Assembly: GCA_963844715.1 (NCBI GenBank)
Contig: CAWJPJ010000004.1
Span: 128,001-192,000, forward strand
Length of the DNA: 64,000 bases
Origin: an uncultured Phycisphaerales bacterium
GTDB lineage: Bacteria > Planctomycetota > Phycisphaerae > Tepidisphaerales > Tepidisphaeraceae
Direction of reading: 5' to 3'
The notes under the pieces are model-generated. The model did no database searches. It saw only the letters and a list, made by a program, of their open reading frames with translations, and was not told where the DNA came from. The position numbers and the translations under genes were made by a program. Each line of letters opens with the position of its first letter. The first letter of the stretch is position 1. Shown here in pieces: positions 34,622-43,143 of this stretch.

Positions 34622-34829
34622 ATTTTCTCCCGTGCAATTCGGATGAGGCCGACGCGGATTTCCGCGCCGTCGCAAGATGGCAGGATGGGGGGAGTAGCTT
34701 CTTCCGCCTCCGCTGCTATTTTGCGATCTCCCACCCCTGGTCGATTCGCAAAATACGATGCGCTCCCGCTACAGAGCGCAATCAACAACAAAACCGTATC
34801 GCTGAGCCATGTAAATGGCAACGAAAAAG

Positions 34830-34845
34830 GCAACGTTTATGCCCA
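34830..34845 (-). promoter_or_regulatory. Possible sigma54 -24/-12 promoter
   Basis: TGGGCAT-AAACG-TTGC on the minus strand, ~210 nt upstream of the PEP-CTERM gene. Confidence 0.45.
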
Positions 34846-34887
34846 AATTTGTAATAAGTTAGCCTCTTCCTAGAGGGCATGCGGATT

Positions 34888-36729
34888 TTATGGCTGATCA
34901 TCCGATTCCCGCGGGGCGCCGAAATTTCGGTCGGTATATTCCTTATCCGAGTAATTCACCAATTTGCCGGCCACCTGGGGCGGGGGCAGGGGGAGGTCCG
35001 GGGATGGGGGAACATCCAGATACGTCAGGGCCCGTGCCAAGAAGTGGCAGGCGCCGGGCGCGGCAACGGCGCCTCCGTAATGCGCGATCGACTTGTCCGG
35101 ATCGTGAATCACAAATACGACCACAATGCGGGGATTCTCGTAGGCGCGCCGGCCACGAAGCTGCTGTTAAAATGATCTTCGCTGTAGCCGTGCCCTTGGG
35201 CGAGCTTTGCGGTGCCGGTTTTGCCGAAGATGTTCCAGATTCGGCTTCGCTGTCCGGCGGCGGTGCCTCGGATCACCACGTCGCACAAAATTCTGCGCGT
35301 TTCGGCTGCCGAATCTGGATCGATCGCTTCGGGCAAGGAATCGAAATCCGGCTGGGGCTCGTGCTCGACGACCCGGCCGCCCGGCTCGACGGTCCCCATC
35401 AAAACTCGGGGCGTCACCAATTTCCCTCCATTGGCGATCGCGCAAAACGCCCGCCCTAATTGCAGCGGCGTGATCAATAGCTCATAACCCTGCGCGATCG
35501 ACTCGGTGCTGTAATGGTTCCATTTGCCGAGCGGGTTGACCTTGCCGGGAAACTCGCCCGGCAAATCGATTCCCGTGCGGCGTCCGAACCCGAAGCTGGT
35601 GACGGCGCGATATAGCCGGGCGTTGCCCATTCGCTCGGCTAGCTGGGACATGAGAATGTTGCTTGATTTCACCAAGCCGTCCCAGGTGATCAGATTTCCG
35701 TAATGCTCGACGTCGCTGACCGGCCGTCCGTACGGCGTGAACCAGGTGATCCCTGGAATATTCCAGAGTTCCGAGGGGGTCGTGATGTGCCACATGAAGG
35801 CCGGCGTTGCCAAGAAGGGCTTGAACGTTGATCCCGGCTCGTAAGGCACGACGAGGGCCGTATCCCGGCGAACATCGGGGGTCGATTCGCTCAGTGTCTG
35901 CGGATTGAAGGTTGGATAGTTGGCCAGCGCGAGTACGTCGCCGGTGCGCGGGTCCAATGCGATGGCCGTTCCCCACTGGGCGCGGAAATGGTCCACGGTA
36001 TCGCGCAGCTCCTCCTCGGCAATCATTTGCAAATTGGCGTCAACCGTGAGGACGAGATGCTGCCCATGCTGCGGCGGGAGATAATCCTCGGCTGCCACGC
36101 CGATGGGGCGGCGGCGCAGCGTCTTTCGTTTCTCGCTCGAAACCCGCGCGACCACTCAAGAGGGCGTTGTATTTCAGTTCCAGACCGTCCAGCCCGTTCC
36201 CATCCGCTCCGCATCCGCCTAGAAGATGCGCTCCGATCGAACCCATCGGATAGCACCGCGCGGTCGACGGCGCGATCCCCACGCCCGGCAAATTCAGCGC
36301 CTCGATCTGTGCAGCTTCGCCGTCATCGAGGTCGGTCGCGATTTTCACAAACCGGCTCGTGGCCCGATCGCCGAGCAACTGCGCCAATTCGTAGGGGTCT
36401 CTCCCGATGATGGTCCCCAGCTTGGTCAGGGCCTCGTCCATCTCCACCAGGCTGCGTCCGTCCTCCTGAAATGAGTCCTGCATGAATTTCGGATCGATGA
36501 AGAGGTTCTCAGTCTGGATGCTCCCCGCCATGAGGATGCCGTTGCGGTCGTAGATGTCGCCGCGGCGTGCGGGGAGGGTTAGGGAGAGATGCTGCTGGCG
36601 ATCGGCGCGGGTGATGGTCTGTTCGCGGCCGTAGGTTTGGAGATAGGCGACGCGGCCGGTCAGACCGATGAACATGGCCACAATCGAATAAACGACCACG
36701 GCACAACGAATGGTGGAGAAGTTGGGCAT
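34888..36729 (-). CDS. ftsI: Class B penicillin-binding protein (FtsI-like), 2 frameshifts
   Basis: RRGDIYDRNG, GLDGLE, PGSTFK (SxxK), SSN, GKTGTA. Confidence 0.9.
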
Positions 36730-36795
36730 GGCCAGGGAATCGTCGTCCGATAATTCATCGACCACACAAAGAGCTAAACGAGAGAAAATCCGGGG

Positions 36796-37080
36796 TTATT
36801 CGGCCGAGGCGTCGGGGTCTTCGATCCAGGCTCGCTTGAGGGTGGCGACGTCGGGATTGGTGAGTTTTGTGCCTTGGCCCATGAGGGTTTGCGCGATCGC
36901 GTTCGGGGCGGTCCCTACGGCGATATTCAGTTGCTGATTCCAGAGCTGGGCTTGGGTGGCCTGGATGCGGTTGTGCAGTTCGTTGGTCTGGTAGCTCAGA
37001 TTGAGGTGTTGCTGACGCAGTTCAAGGAGAACCGCTCCGATGCCCACCGCGGCCAGGAGACAAAGGAGGAGCTTGAGCAT
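36796..37080 (-). CDS. FtsL-like small bitopic coiled-coil protein
   Basis: One TM plus coiled coil, in the ftsL position directly upstream of ftsI. Confidence 0.6.
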   Translation of the reverse strand: MLKLLLCLLAAVGIGAVLLELRQQHLNLSYQTNELHNRIQATQAQLWNQQLNIAVGTAPNAIAQTLMGQGTKLTNPDVATLKRAWIEDPDASAE

Positions 37081-37083
37081 AGA

Positions 37084-37959
37084 TCAGCCGTTGGAGGTCT
37101 TGCCGGGGAGGCGGAGCTTCATGCCGGGATAGATAACGTCGTGATCCTTGCCCTTGAGGATGGTCTGATTCAAATCCTTGATCTGGTCGATCGCGGCGGG
37201 ATCGCCGAGTTCGTCGTTGGCGATGCTCCAGAGGCTGTCGCCGGCCTGGACGGTGTAGATGCTGGCGGGCGAGGGGGAATCGTCGGATGCGGTCGGTGCA
37301 CTCTGTTGCGCGGGCGCCGCGGCGATGGATTGGCCTTTTTTTCCGGGGATGCTGTAGGTTTGACCCACGATCACTACATCCGGGTCGTCCTGAAGGGAGG
37401 GGTTGGCGTCAATAATGGCTTGCCGATTGGTTTTGGTGTTTGCGCCGAGGAGTCGGGACGCCATTCGGGAAACGGAATCGCCGCTCTGGGCGACGTAAGT
37501 CCGCATCTGGGCGGAAGGGGCGGGGGCGGCGTCCTGGGTTGCGGTCGGCGTGCCGTCGGGATTGGACGACTCAAGCTGCTCCCCATGCTTGCGGGCGGCG
37601 TCGGATAGCGCATCGTTGGTCGGATTTGCGTCTTGATCCGGCTGGGCCTGGATGGGATTCGCCTGGGCATCCTGCTGCGAAGGGGTCGGCTCCATCGGAA
37701 TCACTGGGCTGGGGGCGGGATTCAACTCATCCCGAGTCGGCACGGGCTGTTGTGGCGGCGCGTTATGCGGCGCGACGATCGTGATGGGGGGATTGCTTGT
37801 GCCGGGCGAAATAATCGCCTCTCGAACCGCTCCGGCGGCGCTGGAAAGGGCTGCCTCGGGCGGCTCGCCGGTTGAGCGCAGATAATCGGATAGCAGAATC
37901 CCGACCACAATGATGAACGCCAGACCCACCAGCAGTCCGATTTTGGTTTCTCGTGTCAT
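37084..37959 (-). CDS. Membrane-anchored protein with two LysM domains
   Basis: N-terminal TM; YVAQSGDSVSRMA and YTVQAGDSLWSIA. Confidence 0.9.
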   Translation of the reverse strand: MTRETKIGLLVGLAFIIVVGILLSDYLRSTGEPPEAALSSAAGAVREAIISPGTSNPPITIVAPHNAPPQQPVPTRDELNPAPSPVIPMEPTPSQQDAQANPIQAQPDQDANPTNDALSDAARKHGEQLESSNPDGTPTATQDAAPAPSAQMRTYVAQSGDSVSRMASRLLGANTKTNRQAIIDANPSLQDDPDVVIVGQTYSIPGKKGQSIAAAPAQQSAPTASDDSPSPASIYTVQAGDSLWSIANDELGDPAAIDQIKDLNQTILKGKDHDVIYPGMKLRLPGKTSNG

Positions 37960-37971
37960 GGCTGCCTCGTT

Positions 37972-38020
37972 CTAGATGCTAGAGACCAGTTGCCAGAAGC
38001 TAGAAGCTAGAAGCTAGGAG
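37972..38020. repeat. CTAGNNN heptad tandem repeat (7 units) overlapping the rsmH stop
   Basis: ctagatg ctagaga ccagttg ccagaag ctagaag ctagaag ctaggag. Confidence 0.85.
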
Positions 38021-38924
38021 CATTGCGGCTGGCAACTACGCGCAGTTTTGCCGAACGTGCTCGCGGGTTTTCCGCGATTTCTTCGGGGGTGGGGGAGAGG
38101 GGTTTGCCGGTGATGACCTTAAAAAACCCGGTCTGCTCCAACGACCGAAACGCTTGCTTGACGGCGCGATCTTCCATCGAGTGGAAGCTGATGACGGCGA
38201 ACCGTCCGGCGGAGGCCAAAGCGGCGGGGGCCTGCTTCAAAAGCGACCCCAGGTTCTCCATCTCCCGATTGACGGCCATCCGAAGGGCTAAAAACGTTCG
38301 GGTTGCCGGATCAATCCGCTCCGGAGGACCGCTCCGATGCGGCACAGCCGATCGCACAATTTCGGCCAGTGCGTCAGTGGTAGTGATCGGCGAAGTCTGG
38401 CGCATCTCGACAATCTTTCTGGCAATTCGCCGCGAATAACGCTCCTGTGCCAGTTCATATAGGACCGCGGCGAGATCCTTTTCGGGCAGGCGATTCACCA
38501 AATCCGCGGCGGAGCGCTGGTCCGTCGGGTCGATGCGCATGTCGAGCGGCATGGCGCGGTCGAAGCTCATTCCGTAGTCCGGATCGAAGAGTTGATTGGT
38601 GCTGACTCCCAAATCGGCGAGGATGCCGTTGACCCTGGCGATGCCTGCCTGGGCCAGGACCTCATTCAGTTGTGAAAAATTGGCATGAAAGAGACGGTGC
38701 GGGCAATTGAGCTTCGCCAACCGCTCAGCGGCGAACCGCAGATTGCGCGGATCGGCGTCGAGGCCGATGAGAAGCCCGGTCTTGCCGAGGATTTCGGCGA
38801 TCGCCGCGGCGTGGCCGCCGCGCCCGAGCGTGCAATCGACGAACGTTCCGCCGGGGGTGGGGCGGAGGAGTTCCTGAATCTGGCGAATTAGAACCGGTTC
38901 ATGACCGTGCTCGGGCAGGTCCAT
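38007..38924 (-). CDS. rsmH: 16S rRNA m4C1402 methyltransferase
   Basis: HEPVL, DCTLGRGGH, DLGVS, PLDMR, VISFHSMEDR, NPRARSAKLR. Confidence 0.96.
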   Translation of the reverse strand: MDLPEHGHEPVLIRQIQELLRPTPGGTFVDCTLGRGGHAAAIAEILGKTGLLIGLDADPRNLRFAAERLAKLNCPHRLFHANFSQLNEVLAQAGIARVNGILADLGVSTNQLFDPDYGMSFDRAMPLDMRIDPTDQRSAADLVNRLPEKDLAAVLYELAQERYSRRIARKIVEMRQTSPITTTDALAEIVRSAVPHRSGPPERIDPATRTFLALRMAVNREMENLGSLLKQAPAALASAGRFAVISFHSMEDRAVKQAFRSLEQTGFFKVITGKPLSPTPEEIAENPRARSAKLRVVASRNAPSF

Positions 38925-39025
38925 TCAGGCAGGGTAATCGCAAGGGTGGAAAATACCTCTTGATTTGCGGGCAGGGTAACAGTTACAATGGTTAGGTACT
39001 TGTTCGTAGCGGCAAAATGGCCGAT

Positions 39026-39400
39026 ATAAAGAAAAGGCCGGGCATCCGTGCCCACTGGGTCCCGTCCTTGTTGAGACGCCTCTTCCCGATGCTTTGTCGA
39101 ACGGTCGGTCACGAACTTGGGCCGTCCTTGTGCCGCAAAAGTTCGTGACCGACCGAACGAGTACGCGAAATCGCCAAGTTCACAACCGAGGCCTGGCGAT
39201 TCTTCTTCTCCTCGACGCGGAAAGGGCACCAATCGCCTTCCCAATCATCCTTGAACGGTTGGGCGACTTGGCTGGGTCTGCGCGCGGCATCCATGTCGCG
39301 GCCGACTTACACCGATTCCGATCGATTTTTCTAACCGGCTACTGAAATCTGAAAGACGTGGCCTTCCCTGCGTCTTTCTCCCATTACCACAAACAGTCGG
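39026..39400 (-). ncRNA. Candidate CsrB/RsmZ-like CsrA-sequestering RNA
   Basis: Five CANGGAYG motifs plus CAGGGAAG, mostly in stem-loops; a 17-bp perfect stem; final hairpin followed by a U-rich tract. Confidence 0.7.
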
Positions 39401-39414
39401 AGGTCGCGATCGAC

Positions 39415-39934
39415 CTAATCCGTCTTAACACCCTGTCCCGCTATGATATGTATCGCGGGTGGTTGTTGATTCATTTTTTCCAAAGCCGCGGCTGCCCGCT
39501 CCAAAATTACGGCTCGATTCTTAAGTAAATAATCTCTTCGTTGTTCCCAGGTTTTTCGCGGGATCAACTTTAGATGGTCCTGATTGCCGACCAGCGCCAA
39601 CTCGCCTTTCAGGGACCCATCGGCGGTCACCTCGTCGGGGAGCGTAATGCGCCATTGCGCGTCGAGCTTGACGGGAATGCCGAGGTTGAACTGCGCTTCG
39701 ATGTACTCGGCGATCTCGCGGCTGGGCGGCTGCCTTGGGCGGAACCTGGGCATTCATCATTTCCTTGAAGTATTTCTCTGGAAACAAAAGGATGCCGGGA
39801 TCGTTGGGGACGATCACCAGCGCTCCGCCGGTGATTTCCGGTTCCAGCTGCCGTCGAAAATCCGCTCCAATTGTCACGCGTCGCTTGTCGTCGACCGACA
39901 AAAGCTGACATCCGATGATCGAAGGGGCGTTCAA
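39415..39934 (-). CDS. mraZ: Division/cell-wall cluster regulator MraZ, 1 frameshift near 39740
   Basis: SVDDKRRVTI..FR and VKLDAQWRITLP...LVGNQDHL..W (SpoVT-AbrB repeats); upstream of rsmH. Confidence 0.8.
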
Positions 39935-40152
39935 GGGCAGCTGATCCTTTGCTATGCATTTCCATTCCTATGGATGGGATTTCTATCCAATTTCATCCCC
40001 GCTTTCAAGCGAAAAGACGCTCGTTGTTTAAAAATATTTAACGAGACGCGAATGTAATGGCCGATACGGTGTGTTTTTCTTCAGCTAGTGCGCCGCGCGG
40101 TGGTTTGCACTACCGCTATTGGCGCGCCGCATTGTGGATAACTCAGATTCCC

Positions 40153-40875
40153 CTAATTTGCTACTGTTGAATTCTCCTTTTCGGAGAATTTTTCTTGTGA
40201 TCGCGGAGAGCGCACGGCGAATCGATAGAGAATCGCCGCGATGATGAGAAAGGCCGGCATCCACCATGCGGCAGACGGTGCATTTCCGAGCGCAAAGGAC
40301 AAAGCGCCCATCACCGGCCCGAGCAGCGCGGCCCTGGTCCAATTCATTTTGTCCGATTGCGTTACAAACTCCGCATGCAAATACCAAATGACGGGCCCGC
40401 CGAGGGCGATCGCGACGGCGACGGCGGGAATCAAGCCAGCGAATCGTGTTTTTCCCGCTGCCCATACCCAGATCGCGAGCGTCAAAAGCCAAAGAGAGAC
40501 ATAGGCTTCGGCGAGCACCCATTGCGCGGGTGCCGTGTCGGCGAGGAGTCCGGCGAGCTTCGCCATCGGCCAGCTGGCGGCGATGGCAATGACCACATTT
40601 CGCCGCGAATTCAGGAGTAATGGGGCGAGAAACGCTGCCGCCGCGACCTGAACGACCAGCATGACGGCCAGCGCCGTCTCCTCGGCAGCCGGAGGGTAGC
40701 CCACCGCGAGCGGGACGCGAAAAGCGGATAGAGACAGCGCGCCGGTTTGCACCCCGAGCCAGACTGCTAATGCGACGCCGCTACGCGCGGTTGCCTGACA
40801 TGTGAGATGGTTAACGATACGGGAAGAAACCGCGGCAAGCCACAGCTCATTTCCCAGCGTCGGCTGTGCGCACAT
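40153..40875 (-). CDS. Hypothetical integral membrane protein
   Basis: Multiple hydrophobic helices. Confidence 0.55.
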   Translation of the reverse strand: MCAQPTLGNELWLAAVSSRIVNHLTCQATARSGVALAVWLGVQTGALSLSAFRVPLAVGYPPAAEETALAVMLVVQVAAAAFLAPLLLNSRRNVVIAIAASWPMAKLAGLLADTAPAQWVLAEAYVSLWLLTLAIWVWAAGKTRFAGLIPAVAVAIALGGPVIWYLHAEFVTQSDKMNWTRAALLGPVMGALSFALGNAPSAAWWMPAFLIIAAILYRFAVRSPRSQEKFSEKENSTVAN

Positions 40876-41774
40876 CGCTGACCGGGCAGGTTACGCGGTC
40901 CAATCTGACGTCGATCCACGGCTGATTGCCATCCACGCGCCCGGTTTGGGTAAAAAGATTCTCCAGGGCATCCAGCTTGGTGCTGGCGGGCACTTCGGCA
41001 AAACTGTCGGCGCTGGGGGGTCGTCCCCAGCGAATTTGCGTTCCAAACTTCGTCACGAGCACGATCTGCGCCTCGCTTGGACTGACGCGCCCGCCAAAGT
41101 TGCTTACGTCGATGACGCGAATCTGCTCCGCAAAATCTCGTCCTGCCAGCAGTCTTGCCAATTCCAAGCCCCCAGCCAGGTCGTCGCCGACCCAGCGGCG
41201 GCCTTCCGGCGGCGGGGCGTGCGCGCGCCCTGCACGATCCGAACATTCACTTTCCCGTCGGGACCAAAAATAATCTTCGGCAGCTCGTCGGCGGAATATT
41301 GCTCGGGCAGGCGGATCCCCTGGCCGTCAACCAGGCAGTAATAATCCTCCCATGGGACGAGCGCGACCGGGGCGCGGTATTCGCAGTCCAATTCGAGCGC
41401 ATCGGCCGGTCCCTGGTCGTAAACGCGGCGGACTTGAATGACCTGGCGGACCCAGGGATTGGATTTCAGCGCGTTGGCGGTGTCGATGAGGAGCTGGCGG
41501 TCATACGCCGAATGCAAACCGATCGGCTCCGCCGTTTTCATGATCTGATCGGCGAGGAAATCGCTCATCCAGGCGGGGCGATCGACGAGAAATACCTTTG
41601 GGGGGCGCGTCGGGGAAAGCCAGGTCCCTTTCGACGTAAACCTGACTGATTCGAAATACGCACGCCAGCCCGGAGACGAAAATCACCGCGAGCAGGGCGT
41701 GCAGGATGAAGCGCAGTGCGCTCCCCCGATGATTTGCCGCCGGTTGCGGGCGCGGATTTCCTGGTCTTGCGCAT
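40847..41774 (-). CDS. FtsQ/DivIB-like protein (several frameshifts)
   Basis: Basic N-terminus, one TM, LKSNPWVRQVIQVRR...YRAPVALV...LVDGQG, IRWG, IDVR C-terminus. Confidence 0.6.
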
Positions 41775-41853
41775 AGATGCACGATCTCTTACCGCATTTA
41801 TCGGACCGCCCGGCACCCCGACGTTACGGTTTTTGGTTACCATCCCGCTCGCG

Positions 41854-43143
41854 ATGGCCCCGGGGTCCCGGAACATCATCATCGCCACGCTCGGCAGCTA
41901 CGGCGATACCCATCCCTTCCTTGGGGTTGCCCGGGAATTGCGCGATCGCGGAAATTCGGTCATGTTCATCGCTCCGGCCATCTACGAGTCGCTGGCAGTA
42001 TCGCTGGGGCTCAATTTCGAACCGATCGGGTCCGAGGAGGAGTTTGAACGCCTGGCCGGCAATCCGGATATTTTTGTGCCTCGCCGGGCGTTTTCGGTCG
42101 TCGCGGATGCCGCGGGGCGGATGATCGAGCCTTACTATCGCGCGATCGTCAAACATCACGTTCCCGGGCAAACGATCCTGGTTTATTCGACTCTCGTCTT
42201 CGCCGCCCGCATCGCGCAGGAGAAGCTGGCGATTCCCGCCGCGACGGTGCATTTGTCGCCCAGCGTGATGCGCAGTCTCATTGATCCGCCGTATTTGCCG
42301 GAACTTCCGGCGCGATCGGGCTGGCCGGTCTGGTGGAACCGATTTTGGTGGTGGATGGCGGACGTGCTGGTCATCGATCGGTTGATGGCGGGGCCGATCA
42401 ATCGATTCCGCGCGTCGCTGGGGTTGCCGATGGTGCGGGGGATTCTGCGCGACTGGATTCACTCGCCCGACCTGGTGATTGGTTTATTTCCTGATTGGTT
42501 CGGGCCACCCGCGCCGGATTGGCCGCCTCACACGAAGCTCACGGGGTTTCCGCTTTATGACGAATCCGATGTCACGCCTATGCCTGCTGATCTGCAGAAG
42601 TTTTTTGAAGAGGGCACGCCGCCTATCGCCTTCACCCCGGGCAGCGCGATGCGGCACGGCAAGGACTTTTTCTCGGCCGCGATTGGTGCGTGCCAATCGC
42701 TCAAAAAACGCGGCTTGCTCCTTTCGCGTCATGACGATCACATTCCGGCGAATCTGCCGACGGAGGTCTTGCGCGTTTCATTTGCTCCGTTCAGCAAACT
42801 CCTGCCGCGTTGCGCGGCTCTGGTTCATCACGGGGGCATAGGAACGTGCGGCCACGCGTTAGCCGCGGGCGTCCCGCAACTGGTGACGCCGATGACTCAC
42901 GACCAGCCTGATAACGCCCGCCGCCTCAAGCGGCTTGGCGTGGCTGAAATTCTTCCTTTTCCGAAATTCAACGCCGAGCGTGCCGCGGCGGCTCTTAATC
43001 TTTTGCTCAATTCCTCGCGGATTTCCGCCGCTTGTGCGGGTGTAAAGCAAAAATTTGGCGGGGCGAATCCGCTTGGGCAGACGGCCGATTTGATCGAGCG
43101 GCTTGCTCCCAATCCCGCCAATCGCATAATCGGCGTGCGATGA
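41854..43143 (+). CDS. GT1-family glycosyltransferase (RhlB-like)
   Basis: GSYGDTHPF, VHHGGIGT, HDQPDNA. Confidence 0.88.
   Translation: MAPGSRNIIIATLGSYGDTHPFLGVARELRDRGNSVMFIAPAIYESLAVSLGLNFEPIGSEEEFERLAGNPDIFVPRRAFSVVADAAGRMIEPYYRAIVKHHVPGQTILVYSTLVFAARIAQEKLAIPAATVHLSPSVMRSLIDPPYLPELPARSGWPVWWNRFWWWMADVLVIDRLMAGPINRFRASLGLPMVRGILRDWIHSPDLVIGLFPDWFGPPAPDWPPHTKLTGFPLYDESDVTPMPADLQKFFEEGTPPIAFTPGSAMRHGKDFFSAAIGACQSLKKRGLLLSRHDDHIPANLPTEVLRVSFAPFSKLLPRCAALVHHGGIGTCGHALAAGVPQLVTPMTHDQPDNARRLKRLGVAEILPFPKFNAERAAAALNLLLNSSRISAACAGVKQKFGGANPLGQTADLIERLAPNPANRIIGVR

Noticed and set aside
38888..39345. Short ORFs in the mraZ-rsmH gap (39109-39294, 39094-39345, 38888-39244)
   Set aside because: No recognisable motifs; the sequence is better explained by RNA hairpins carrying GGA motifs.
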